Assembly (NCBI GenBank): GCA_964581135.1
Contig: CAZOMW010000001.1
Location: forward strand, 1-41,805
Direction of reading: 5' to 3'
Source of the DNA: an uncultured Oscillospiraceae bacterium
GTDB lineage: Bacteria; Bacillota; Clostridia; Saccharofermentanales; UBA5734
DNA: 41,805 bases
The translations under genes and the position numbers were made by a program. The notes beneath the pieces were generated by a model. The model saw nothing but the letters and a program-made list of their open reading frames with translations, was not told the origin of the DNA and made no database searches. This document shows, piece after piece, positions 7,747 through 18,200 of the stretch (positions are counted from its first letter, which is position 1; each line of letters begins with the position of its first letter).

Positions 7747-8745
7747 ATGGTAACCTCAGCAATTCAAAGTGTGCTCTCGCTGCTGATCCTGATCGGGGTC
7801 GGTTATGTTGTCGCCAGCCAATCCTGGTATCCAGAATCGGGCACCGCGTTTTTATCTAAATTATGTGTGCAGGTGGCAATACCTTGCCATATGTTTATCA
7901 GCACGATCACGAACATCAAAACGCCGCAGACACTGGCGGAGCTGGTACGCAATCTGCCGGTGCCATATCTGACGATTCTCGTAAGTCTGCTTATGGGTCT
8001 GGCTATAGCCAGGGTGTTTAGAATCCATCCGACCCGGCGCGGAGTTTTCATAAATGCCGTAACGTTTTCTAATGTCGTTCTGGTTGGATTTGTTGTGGTT
8101 GAAACCATATTCGGCGAAGCTGCCATGCCCGATGTCATGGTTTACTACTTTGCCAACACTACACTGTTCTGGACAGTAGGAGTAACACTACTGCGACAGG
8201 ATGGTGAAAAAGCACGTCAGCTGGCAGTCGGTCCAGACGCAACTGTAGTCGGCAGCAGGAATCGTGCCGGCATAGTGCGCCTTTTTCTACGCAGCCTGGC
8301 TTCACCGCCGCTGATGGCGGTTGTCCTTGGAATTGTGGTAATTCTGACCAGAATCGAGCTGCCGGATTTTATCATGTCGCCAATCATGAGCCTGCGCAAT
8401 ATGACAACACCGCTGGCCATGATCTTTACCGGAGCCATTATCCGAGCGACTGATTTCAAGCGAACCAAGGTTTCCCGTGATCTGATTCTGGTAATGGCGG
8501 CACGTTTTGTGGTAACACCGGTTTTCATGGTATTACTGCTCAGGCCGATACCCATTACTACACAAATGAAACAGATTTTCTTCTTGATGGCAACAATGCC
8601 CGTTATGACACAATTGGGAATTATGTCCAAGGAATCAGGCAGTGATTATGAATATGCCTCGCTGCTGGTCACATTTACAACTGCTTTCAGCATGATGGCA
8701 CTTCCGCTTTATCTTTATGTTCTTGAACGCTTTCAGATCTTTTAA
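7747..8745 (+). CDS. AEC (auxin efflux carrier / Mem_trans) family permease
   Basis: 332 aa and about 10 TM segments, in the two-halves architecture with a central polar loop that is typical of AEC transporters. Confidence 0.82.
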   Translation: MVTSAIQSVLSLLILIGVGYVVASQSWYPESGTAFLSKLCVQVAIPCHMFISTITNIKTPQTLAELVRNLPVPYLTILVSLLMGLAIARVFRIHPTRRGVFINAVTFSNVVLVGFVVVETIFGEAAMPDVMVYYFANTTLFWTVGVTLLRQDGEKARQLAVGPDATVVGSRNRAGIVRLFLRSLASPPLMAVVLGIVVILTRIELPDFIMSPIMSLRNMTTPLAMIFTGAIIRATDFKRTKVSRDLILVMAARFVVTPVFMVLLLRPIPITTQMKQIFFLMATMPVMTQLGIMSKESGSDYEYASLLVTFTTAFSMMALPLYLYVLERFQIF

Positions 8746-8773
8746 TTGCCAGTAACCGGCGGAGGTGAGCGTA

Positions 8774-10096
8774 ATGCCTTTCGCAATTGCGATCAATAAT
8801 GCTGTTATCCTCTCGGCGCACACTGATTATGTACCTTTTATCGGCAGTGTCGGTATCAGCGAGGGGCGGATTGCCTGGATCGGTGAGAAGCCGATCGCCC
8901 CTGGTGAGGCAGCAAAACGTATTGATGCTGCGGGTCATATTCTGATGCCCGGGCTGTTTAACGCTCATTGCCATGGTGATATGACTTTTGCCCGCGGTCT
9001 GGGTGATGATCTGACTTTACTTGAGCAAAATGAAGCCTTTGCAGACACTGATTGGTTCTACACATTAATCAATGATGATGATCGTTTTTATTCTCGCCAG
9101 CTTACTTATTGCGAAGCGCTGCTTTCAGGCACAACTTTCCTCAACGAAAACATGTACTGGGGTTTGGGCGAACGCTCGGCTGAAGCTATGGCTGCTACTG
9201 GTATTAAGGGCGCGCTTAGCGAAGATATCCGCTACGATTTTACCAGACCGGCTGAGCTGCTGAGCGATACCAGACTGGCAGAGCTGGCAGCCAGGGCTCA
9301 GGACTGCGGCCTGATCCCGGTTCTTGGCGGCTTATCCGAAGAAGATTATTCTGCTACTCTTTTGCAGCGTGTTGAAGCCAAACGCAGCCAGTTTGATCTT
9401 ATTCTGACTTGTCATCTGGCTGAAACTGACTGGCGGGTAGAACGCATAGCGGCGCTTTACGATTGCACACCGATTGAGTACCTGGCGCAAAACAACTGTC
9501 TGCACGAGAAAATCCTGGGTTCGCATGTCGTCTGGACGACCCCGCATGATCTTGAACTGCTGGCTAAGTACAATGTAAAGATTGTCAATACACCTCTATG
9601 TGAGATGAAAATCGCGGACGGGATTGCCCGGATTCCGGCAATGGTTCAGACCGGCCTTTGTGTCTGCCTGGGTACCGACGGCGCCATGTGGAACAACAGC
9701 AATGACATATTTCGTGAAATGAAAGGCATGCAGTTACTGCACACTGTAAACTCCGGCATTCGCAGCCTGAGTGTACAGGCTGTACTGGATATGGCAACGC
9801 TAAATGGTGCTGAAGCATTCGGACTTGGTGAGGAAACGGGCAGCATCGAAGTCGGCCGCTGTGCAGACTTGATCCTGATAAACACTGAACAGGCGCATCT
9901 GACTCCGTTGCGGCTCGGCAAACACGAAAATATAGCCTCATCTGTGGTCTACAACGCTACCGGCCGGGATGTAAGCGATGTCTTTGTCAACGGCAGTCAG
10001 GTTGTTGAACGCGGCAACTTAATGACTGCTGATCTGGCAGACATTCGAGCCCGTGTTACAGAGACTTCGGCAAAGGTTGCTGCTGCGCTAAACTGA
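8774..10096 (+). CDS. Amidohydrolase-superfamily deaminase/chlorohydrolase (MtaD/SsnA/guanine-deaminase-like, COG0402 type)
   Basis: Metal ligand motifs NAHCHGDMT (HxH), CHLAET and LGTDGAMWNNSNDIF, plus a C-terminal GSIEVGRCADLIL. ATG 8774 is preferred over GTG 8765 because GGAGGTG lies 6 nt upstream. Confidence 0.85.
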   Translation: MPFAIAINNAVILSAHTDYVPFIGSVGISEGRIAWIGEKPIAPGEAAKRIDAAGHILMPGLFNAHCHGDMTFARGLGDDLTLLEQNEAFADTDWFYTLINDDDRFYSRQLTYCEALLSGTTFLNENMYWGLGERSAEAMAATGIKGALSEDIRYDFTRPAELLSDTRLAELAARAQDCGLIPVLGGLSEEDYSATLLQRVEAKRSQFDLILTCHLAETDWRVERIAALYDCTPIEYLAQNNCLHEKILGSHVVWTTPHDLELLAKYNVKIVNTPLCEMKIADGIARIPAMVQTGLCVCLGTDGAMWNNSNDIFREMKGMQLLHTVNSGIRSLSVQAVLDMATLNGAEAFGLGEETGSIEVGRCADLILINTEQAHLTPLRLGKHENIASSVVYNATGRDVSDVFVNGSQVVERGNLMTADLADIRARVTETSAKVAAALN

Positions 10097-10232
10097 TGAT
10101 TGTGTCGCAGTTAATGGAAACTGGTGCCGCTTGAATACTGATGTCGCACGAAGAATTAATAACTGAACCGGCGACTCTTCTGTGCACAACAGGATTTATG
10201 CCTGGAATCAGCGCTAAGAAAGGGAAGACAAT

Positions 10233-11093
10233 ATGCAGCCAGCAGAGAATAATAAAAAAATCAACCGGGCCAGTGCGCCCCGCTCTGAAAATGAAGGAGT
10301 TTATCATCTGCAGCTTAAGCCCGGTGATGTGCCGCCTTACGTTATCCTGCCCGGTGCGCCTGAACGGACCCTGATTATTGCGCAGGACTGGACTGAAGTC
10401 CGGGAGGTCGCGTCCTACCGTGAATACAAAACTGTTACTGGCAAGTACAAGGATGTGCCTCTGGCAACAATCTCAACCGGCATCGGCGGCGCCAGTTCGG
10501 AAATCTGCATTCATGAGCTGAATGTGCTTGGTGTGCATACCTGTATCCGGGTCGGCACAACCGGCTGTATTGTGCCGGAATATGATCTGGGCGACCTGAT
10601 TATCCCGGTAGCGGCTGTCCGCAAGGACGGAACCTCTGCCACTTATATCGAACCGGAATTCCCGGCCTTTGCCAATACCTATGTGGTAATGGCGCTGATG
10701 CAGGCCTGCGAACGGCTCGGCTTCCGCTACGGATTGGGACTGAGTTATACAGTCGGTTCCTTCTATATCGGCCAGGGCAGGCCTCTGAATGAGGATGGCT
10801 CGGGTTACTGGCCATCTTTTGCCGATCATATTATTCCTGATCTGCAGGCCGCCCGGGTTACCAACATCGAAATGGAAGCTGCCGCTCAATTTGTGGTTGG
10901 TTATCTGCATGACATGCGGATGGGCGCGATTCTGTCAGTTGTCTCCAACCGGGTGCTCGATCGCTGGGGTGATAATGGCGGCGAAGCCAAAGCTTGTCTG
11001 GCCGCCTCGGAAGCTTTAGCTGTTCTGGCAGAGTGGGACAGAAACGGTAAGTTGCCTTTCCACACCACGGCGGAAAATGATATCATAATCTAA
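10233..11093 (+). CDS. PNP_UDP_1-family nucleoside phosphorylase (uridine-phosphorylase-like)
   Basis: VYHLQLKPGDVPPYVILPGAPERT, STGIGGASSEICIHEL, RVGTTG and NIEMEAAA motifs. A basic N-terminal extension of about 25 aa is present. Confidence 0.85.
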   Translation: MQPAENNKKINRASAPRSENEGVYHLQLKPGDVPPYVILPGAPERTLIIAQDWTEVREVASYREYKTVTGKYKDVPLATISTGIGGASSEICIHELNVLGVHTCIRVGTTGCIVPEYDLGDLIIPVAAVRKDGTSATYIEPEFPAFANTYVVMALMQACERLGFRYGLGLSYTVGSFYIGQGRPLNEDGSGYWPSFADHIIPDLQAARVTNIEMEAAAQFVVGYLHDMRMGAILSVVSNRVLDRWGDNGGEAKACLAASEALAVLAEWDRNGKLPFHTTAENDIII

Positions 11094-12031
11094 TGAGTGT
11101 TTTAGTTGTTTTGCAGCAGATAGCACCGCTGTTCATAATCATGTTCATTGGTCTCGCGATCGGGAAACTGCACATATCAAATCAGGCAATCACCCAATTC
11201 TTATCCTGGGTCTGCATTTCGGTTTTTCTGCCGGCTTCGCTGATCAAGTCGTTTTCAGCACCAATGACCGCGGCAATGATTCGTGAAGGCTCTATCCTGA
11301 TTATCGCCGGGGCAGTTACCCTGATTTTTGCCTTTTTTCTTTCTTTTGCGGTTGTTCGTATCCTGAAAATGAAAATACCGTCATCTAATATCGTTTATTT
11401 TTCGCTGATGTTCTCAAATTTCGGTTTTGTCGGCGTCGGTATTCTTACGGCAGTATATGGCGATCGGGGTCTTTTTTATATGACAATGTATGTGCTGATC
11501 ATGCGTTTTGCGTTCAATTCCTTTGGAACCGTTGTGATGCAGCGTGGTGTCGACAATAAGGAACGGCTGTCTTTCCGCCAGGTTTTTATTAATCCGCCGA
11601 TCATCGCTCTGGTTGTTTCTCTGTTTGTCATGGCCTTTCAAATTCGTTTTCCGGCTCCGGTAAAAGCCAGTATTGATTCGCTGGCAGCCTGCCTTTCACC
11701 TGTTGGCATGCTGACGGTTGGAATGATTACCGCCAATTTCCCTTTACGTGCTTTCTTCTCAAACGCCCGTGTTTATGTGCTGGTATTTTTACGTCTGCTG
11801 GGAATTCCCCTTGCTGTAACTGTAGCGATGTGGCTGGTGGGTTTCCGCGGTCTGATGCTGACGGCTTCAGCTCTTACCATGGCACTGCCGGCGGCGGCAA
11901 ATTGCTGCCTTCTGGCTGAACGGTATAATGGAGATGTAATGCTTGGCACCCAGGTTGTTACCATAACTAATATCTTTTCTGTCATCACGATGCCGATTGT
12001 TGTTGCCTTTGCGGAACGACTGGCTGGCTGA
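11093..12031 (+). CDS. AEC (Mem_trans) family permease, second copy
   Basis: 312 aa polytopic membrane protein. Its start overlaps the preceding stop (TAATG). Confidence 0.82.
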   Translation: MSVLVVLQQIAPLFIIMFIGLAIGKLHISNQAITQFLSWVCISVFLPASLIKSFSAPMTAAMIREGSILIIAGAVTLIFAFFLSFAVVRILKMKIPSSNIVYFSLMFSNFGFVGVGILTAVYGDRGLFYMTMYVLIMRFAFNSFGTVVMQRGVDNKERLSFRQVFINPPIIALVVSLFVMAFQIRFPAPVKASIDSLAACLSPVGMLTVGMITANFPLRAFFSNARVYVLVFLRLLGIPLAVTVAMWLVGFRGLMLTASALTMALPAAANCCLLAERYNGDVMLGTQVVTITNIFSVITMPIVVAFAERLAG

Positions 12032-12104
12032 TGCTTTTATTTAACCTCAGGATTTAGAGCGCTGCATTACCGGCAGGCACAGGAGCTGAATTAAGGAGAA
12101 GAGT

Positions 12105-13199
12105 ATGAACCGTTCCGAAATACCTACACCCGCAATTCTGGTGGACCTGGATGTGGTCGACACCAACATCCGGACAATGGTGGAAAACAGCCGCAAGTAT
12201 GGAATAAATCACCGACCGCATATCAAAACCCACAAAAGCGTGGAACTGGCAAAACGTCAGGTTGAGCTCGGCGCCAGAGGCATAACCTGCGCCAAACTCG
12301 GTGAAGCGGAAGTTATGGCAGCAGCCGGTTTCGATGATATTCTTGTCGCCTTTCCGCTGATCGGTGAGGATAAGTTGCAGCGGCTGCAGGCTTTGCTGGA
12401 ACAGGGCATCACTCTTCGAACAATAGTCAACAGTGAAGCCGGAGCAGCGGGTATTGCTACAGTTGGCGAACGGCTTGGCAGTCCGGTTGAAGTGCTGATC
12501 GAAATTGACGGCGGAATTGACCGCGGTGGTCTTAAGCCCGGTGAACCGGCAGTTGAATTCGCCCGCAAAATCAGGAACCTTACTGGAATCAAAGTTGTCG
12601 GTATCCTGTACTTCGGCGGCGGTATCGGCAAGAAGGATTCGCCGGTAAATGTGATTGAAAAAAGTCTGCGCGAACGCGATGAAATTATCCGGACAGCCGA
12701 GCTGCTGCGAGCGGAAGGACTGACAATGGATATTCTCAGCGGCGGCTCTTCCTTTAGCTCCAAAAACGCGGAATGTCTGGAAGGTCTGACTGAGGTAAGA
12801 GCGGGTACTTATATATTCAATGATGTTTCACAGCTGGTTATCGGCTATGCCCGGCAGGAGGACTGCGCTTTAACCTGTATTGCAACAGTTATCAGCCGTC
12901 CGGATGAGTATTCGGCAATTATTGATGCCGGATCCAAAACACTTACCTCGGAAACAAATCCGCAGCGACCGGGATACGGTTATATTATTGAGGATCCAAG
13001 GATCCAGATTGTCAAGCTTAATGAAGAACACGGATTTCTGAGGTCAGAATCGCGCCTTAAACTCAGCATCGGCGAAAAGATAACAATTATTCCCAATCAT
13101 GTCTGCCTGCTGCCAAATATGGTGGACGAAATGTATGGTATGCGTGGAGAAAAACTGGAAAAGATGCTCAAAGTGGATGCCCGCGGCTGTAATCGCTAA
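12105..13199 (+). CDS. D-TA-family PLP-dependent enzyme (alanine-racemase-N fold; D-threonine aldolase / D-serine or D-3-hydroxyaspartate dehydratase-like)
   Basis: TPAILVDLDVVDTNI...HRPHIKTHKS (PLP lysine context) and a C-terminal LNEEHGFL...IIPNHVC motif. RBS AAGGAGAAG. Confidence 0.85.
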   Translation: MNRSEIPTPAILVDLDVVDTNIRTMVENSRKYGINHRPHIKTHKSVELAKRQVELGARGITCAKLGEAEVMAAAGFDDILVAFPLIGEDKLQRLQALLEQGITLRTIVNSEAGAAGIATVGERLGSPVEVLIEIDGGIDRGGLKPGEPAVEFARKIRNLTGIKVVGILYFGGGIGKKDSPVNVIEKSLRERDEIIRTAELLRAEGLTMDILSGGSSFSSKNAECLEGLTEVRAGTYIFNDVSQLVIGYARQEDCALTCIATVISRPDEYSAIIDAGSKTLTSETNPQRPGYGYIIEDPRIQIVKLNEEHGFLRSESRLKLSIGEKITIIPNHVCLLPNMVDEMYGMRGEKLEKMLKVDARGCNR

Positions 13200-13250
13200 A
13201 TCAGCTTAATTACGAAAACCCTAGTTATGCTGCAGCGAAAGGAGCGCTTG

Positions 13251-14135
13251 ATGGCAACAGTTTCCGGCCTTAACTGGTTGGCTGAAATATATGTTCCGGA
13301 CGGCAGCGACCCGGTTGAGGCGCTGCGCCGGACAACCCATCTGGCTGTCGGCGCTCACCCTGATGACGTTGAAATTATGGCTCAACATGGGATTCTGGCC
13401 TGTTACCAACAATCCGACCTTCACTTTACAGCTGTAATTGCTGCTAACGGCGCCGGCAGTCCCAGAAACGGCAGTTATGCTGATGCCTCTGATGCCGACC
13501 TGATTAGGTTGCGTCGCCGGGAGCAGCTGCAGGCTGCCGAAGCAGGCGCCTACTCAGCGGTGGTATTGCTGAACCACAGCAGCGCCGATATCAAAAGTAC
13601 CGACATTGCAGACACTTCTCCTCTCCGCAATGACTTGCTGCAGCTGCTGGCCTTGACCAGGCCGGCGGTGCTTTATACACATCAGCCTGCGGACCGTCAC
13701 CCCACCCATGTTGCTGTTTGCGTCCGGGTCATCGAGGCTCTGCGGTCTTTACCGGTTAAGGAACGCCCTGCGGAAATTTACGGCTGTGAGGTTTGGCGTT
13801 CACTCGACTGGGTAAATGAAGCTGAGCGCATTTCGCTCGATGTTTCCGGCCGGGAGGAACTGCGGCGGACACTGTTGCAGGTTTTCAAATCGCAGATTGA
13901 CGGCGGCAAACGTTATGATCTGGCGGCAATCGGCCGTCAACAGGCAAACGCTGTCTTCGACAGCTCTCATTGTACGGATGCGTTGACAGCAGTGAATTAC
14001 GCTATTGACCTTGCGCCTGCACTTGCCGAAGCAGGTCCGGAAGCGTATCTGAACCGCTTGATTGGTGGTTTTCATAAACAGACAATTGAAACACTTCGTC
14101 TGTTTACATCTGACGCAACAAAAAAGGAGACATAA
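13251..14135 (+). CDS. PIG-L/LmbE-family N-deacetylase
   Basis: HLAVGAHPDDVEIM and ADRHPTHVA metal-site motifs. The start is moved to ATG 13251 because AAGGAG lies 6 nt upstream. The stop TAA at 14133-14135 abuts the sbcD GTG. Confidence 0.8.
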   Translation: MATVSGLNWLAEIYVPDGSDPVEALRRTTHLAVGAHPDDVEIMAQHGILACYQQSDLHFTAVIAANGAGSPRNGSYADASDADLIRLRRREQLQAAEAGAYSAVVLLNHSSADIKSTDIADTSPLRNDLLQLLALTRPAVLYTHQPADRHPTHVAVCVRVIEALRSLPVKERPAEIYGCEVWRSLDWVNEAERISLDVSGREELRRTLLQVFKSQIDGGKRYDLAAIGRQQANAVFDSSHCTDALTAVNYAIDLAPALAEAGPEAYLNRLIGGFHKQTIETLRLFTSDATKKET

Positions 14136-15296
14136 GTGCGGTTTTTTCATTTAGGGGATCTGCATATCGGTAAACAGCTGCACGGTGTAAACCTGCTTGA
14201 AGATCAGAAATTTGTCCTGGCTCAGACAGTCAGCCTGGCATCGGAGCATAAACCTGACGCAGTATTGATCGCCGGTGATATTTTCGACCGTAGTGTACCA
14301 ACTGGTGAAGCAGTCAGTGTTCTGGATGATTTTCTGACAGACCTGGCTGCCACCGGTGCGCAGGTTTTCCTGATCAGCGGCAACCATGATTCGCCTGAAA
14401 GGCTCAATTTTGCCAGCCGTTTGTTGCGCGATCAGGGTATCCATATCAGCGGCACCTTTAACGGGGAGCTGCAGCGTATCGAAATTACGGATGAGTCCGG
14501 TCCGGTACATGTTTATCTGCTGCCGTTTGTAAAACCTGCCTTTGTCCGCCCCTGGTTCCCTGATGCGGTGCTTGAAACCTATGAAGATACGGTTCGTACC
14601 ATAATCGAGGCTGACGCTCCAGATCCTGGCGCTCGCAATATTCTGCTGGCTCATCAGTTCGTCACTAACAGTGGCCGGGAGCCGGAGCGTTCTGAATCTG
14701 AAACATTTAATATCGGTGGTCTTGATAACATCGATTTGTCTGTTTTCGAGGCTTTTGATTATGTCGCGCTTGGCCACATCCATGGTCCGCAGACAATCGG
14801 TCGCCCGGGCGTCAGGTATGCCGGCTCACCCTTGAAATATTCTTTCTCTGAAGCCAATCATACAAAGGGTATCAGTATGGTTGACTTTAACAGCCGCGAT
14901 GACCTGCAGATCACTGTTTTACCTTTAAAACCGAAGCACGATCTTCGTACTATCAGGGGACCACTGGCTGAGCTTGTCGAAGCGGCCAGAGCGGCCGAGA
15001 CAATCGGTGGTGAAGTCTGCCACGACTATATACGCGCGACTCTTACTGATGAACGGGAACTGATCGACCCATTCGGTCAGCTGCGGATTAATTACCCCAA
15101 CCTGCTGACGCTGGAATTCGATAACCGGCGTACCCAAAGCCAGACGGGTACAGTTGTCGCGGGGCTCAACGCTGCAACCCGCTCACCGCTGGAGTTGTTC
15201 AGTGATTTTTATGAAATCCAAAACAACACCGAACTAACTGCTGAGCAGGAGGAAGTTCTCAGCCGGGTAATGGTGGAGGCAGGAGGGGAATCATGA
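14136..15296 (+). CDS. sbcD: Exonuclease SbcCD, nuclease subunit D (Mre11 family)
   Basis: Phosphoesterase motifs HLGDLHIG, AGDIFD, GNHD and GHIHGPQ. GTG start, with AAGGAGA 5 nt upstream. Confidence 0.92.
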   Translation: MRFFHLGDLHIGKQLHGVNLLEDQKFVLAQTVSLASEHKPDAVLIAGDIFDRSVPTGEAVSVLDDFLTDLAATGAQVFLISGNHDSPERLNFASRLLRDQGIHISGTFNGELQRIEITDESGPVHVYLLPFVKPAFVRPWFPDAVLETYEDTVRTIIEADAPDPGARNILLAHQFVTNSGREPERSESETFNIGGLDNIDLSVFEAFDYVALGHIHGPQTIGRPGVRYAGSPLKYSFSEANHTKGISMVDFNSRDDLQITVLPLKPKHDLRTIRGPLAELVEAARAAETIGGEVCHDYIRATLTDERELIDPFGQLRINYPNLLTLEFDNRRTQSQTGTVVAGLNAATRSPLELFSDFYEIQNNTELTAEQEEVLSRVMVEAGGES

Positions 15297-18200
15297 AGCC
15301 GCTTCATCTGGTCATGTGCGGCTTCGGGCCCTATGCTGAACGCTGCGAACTCCCTTTTGAAAAATTCCTCGACAGCGGTTTGTTTTTAATCACAGGCAAT
15401 ACCGGAGCCGGCAAGACGACAATTTTCGATGCGATTACTTTCGCTCTTTTCGGTGAAACCAGCGGCAGTACCCGTACAACCGAAACACTGCGCAGTGATT
15501 TCTCTGATCCGGATACAAAAACATATGTAGAGCTGACTTTCCGGCATCGCGGCAGCGAGTATCAAATTTATCGCAATCCCGCCTATGACCGCCCCAGCAT
15601 GCGCGGCGAAGGCCTGACTCGCCAGAAAGCAGAAGCCTGGCTGACCTTGCCTGACAAAACTGTAATTGACGGCGACCGCAGGGTAACCCAGTCTGTGGTT
15701 GAACTTCTGGGGCTCGACCATAACCAGTTTAAGCAGATTGCTATGATCGCCCAGGGCGAGTTTCTGCGTTTATTACTGGCAGAAAGCAAGGACAGGGCCG
15801 TAATTTTCCGGCGGCTTTTTGCTACCGGCTTTTACCTGCGGGTTCAGGATCTGCTAAAGCAGCAGGAAAAAGAGTTACGAGAGAGCTGTGAAGAGCTGAA
15901 ACGCAGCGAGCTGCAAAGCATGGCTTCGATTGTCGTAGATGACACAAACCCTGCGGCAGCTGAACTGCAAGCGCTTCTGGCGCAGGAGAGCGTTCATGCC
16001 GCTAGTGATGTCCTGCAGCTCCTGTCTGCCCAGAACAAGGCAGATGCATATACCGATAAATTGCTCTGTGACCAGAACACAATCCTTGGTAAACAGATTG
16101 ATGATCTGACAAAACAAATCGCGGCGGCAGAGTATATTAATCAGCAGTTTGCTGACCTGGCAGCGGCTCAGGCTGCTGCAGAACGCCTTACTGCCAGAGA
16201 ACCGGCTATGAAAGCGTTAGCAAAGCAAATTGAGCGCGCCGAACTCGCTGAAAACAAGATTCAGCCATCTGAAAAGGATTATCAGCGTGAAAATAACGCG
16301 CTTGCGGGATTGACAGCCCATATTGCTGAATTGGAGACCGAGGTGGGAAAACTCCTGCCCGTTATAGCAGCTTTGCAAAAAGCACTCGAGCAGGAACTGG
16401 AACGCGAGCCGTTGCGCGAACAAGCCGCGGCAGAGGTACGCGCTCTGACTGCGTCGCTGCCCGGATATGAGGAGCTGGACAAGCTCAGCCGAGAGCTTGT
16501 GCCTCAGCGTGAAAAGAAAATTAAGCTGGAGGCGGAGCACCTGCAGCTGCGGATCTCCAAGGAGGCACTTGAGCAAAACAACAACAAACTGGCCGCAGAG
16601 CTGCAGACTTTAACCGATGTTGACCGGCAACTGGTTACTATAAATAGTCGGATCGGGATTCTTAACCAGACTCGGACAACTATAAAGCAGCTGATGGGAG
16701 GTTTGCAAACAGCTGGCAAGCTGACGGAAGAATGTGATCAGGCCAGGCAATACTATAAAAAGCAGCAGGAGTTATATCAGCAGACACAGCTGAAATTCCG
16801 CAGTCAGGAAGCACTGTTTTACGATCAGCAGGCCGGTCTGCTTGCTGCCGAGCTGCAGCCCGGTCAACCGTGCCCTGTCTGCGGTTCGCTGTCTCATCCA
16901 CTTAAGGCAGTAATGACAGAACAGGCTCCGAAACAGGAACAGCTGCGATTTTTAAGTGAGCATTGTGACAAACTGCAGATGCAAGTGCAGAATGCCAGCA
17001 CTAAAGCGGGTGAACTGCAAAGCAAACTGACAACTGAACTGAAAAATATCCGCGCACGGACAGCAGATATTGTTGAAATTGACCCGGTTCCCATGCAGAT
17101 AGATGAACTGCACACCGTCTTGCAGCAGGCACTTGCCGCGCTTGAGCTCGAAGCAGAAGAAGCTGAAGCCTCTCGGCAGAATCTGGCGAATCTTTCTAAA
17201 CGCCGGGTCGAGATTATCCGGGAGACCGGAGAGGCTGAAAAGCAGCGTCAGCAGGATGATAAACGGCTGGCGGATCTGAATAGTGAACATAATGAACTGA
17301 CAGCAGCCATCAGTGCCGCAGAACGCGATCTGGCAAATCTGCGCCGTGAATTAGCCTGTCCGGATCTGGCGGCTGCACAGCAGAAACTCAAAACAGCGGC
17401 GGAGTACAGTCAGCAGTTGAAAAAAGCTTTGCAGCTTGCCCAAAGCAATTATGAGCAGGAAAGCGACAAACTAAAGGCAAAACAGACACTGCTTCAGGCA
17501 GAGAAAACACGTCTGCCTTCCGTGCAGAACCTTTCAGAAAAGGCGAGTGAGGAATATAAGAAAGCATTAAAGACTTTTGGTTTTACCGATGAAACTGATT
17601 ATAAACAGGCTTTGCTGCCGGAGTCAGAGCTGATTGCCGGTCGCGATTCATTATCAGCTTTTAAGGCTGAATGCAATCGCACAGCAGATCAGATTAAACG
17701 TCTGGAAAAGGCCACAGATAAGAAACAGACTGTTGATATCTCCGGCCTGCAAACTGAACAGCAAAAAGCCACAGAACTGAAAGCCAGTCAGGCAGACCAG
17801 GAAAAAAAGATCTACCTCCGGCTGGAGAGCAATCGTCGCCTGACGACTGAACTGCAAAAAACTGAGATAAAGCGGTTGGAACAAGAAGAGAAGTACTCTT
17901 TAATCAGCGGCCTTGCCAAAACCGCCAATGGCGAATTGACAGGCAGGCAAAAGCTCGCGTTTGAACAGTATGTGCAGGCCTCTTACTTTGAACAGGTACT
18001 GCTTGAAGCCAACAAACGCCTGTCACTTATGACCGGCAGCCGTTTTACGCTTCTGCGGCAGGAGGAAGCTTCAAATCTGCGCTCCCAGACCGGTCTGGAC
18101 ATAGAAGTTCTGGATCAGTACACAGGTTTGCGCCGGCCGGTGCGTTCTTTATCAGGCGGCGAATCATTCAAGGCTTCGCTGGCTTTAGCACTGGGACTTT

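Noticed and set aside
10141-10374. 77-aa ORF spanning the intergenic region and the start of the nucleoside phosphorylase gene
   Set aside because: It is out of frame with, and overlaps, a motif-supported gene. It has no RBS and a Cys/Arg-rich translation.
14151-14783. Long antisense ORFs inside well-supported genes (14151..14783, 24114..24668, 25556..26119, 27334..27900, 34741..35310, 6287..6793, 12257..12763)
   Set aside because: Each lies opposite a gene with clear family motifs (SbcD, esterase, transketolase, SDR, ABC, RpiB, D-TA). The translations are low-complexity or Arg/Ser/Cys-rich with no motifs or RBS. These are typical shadow frames.
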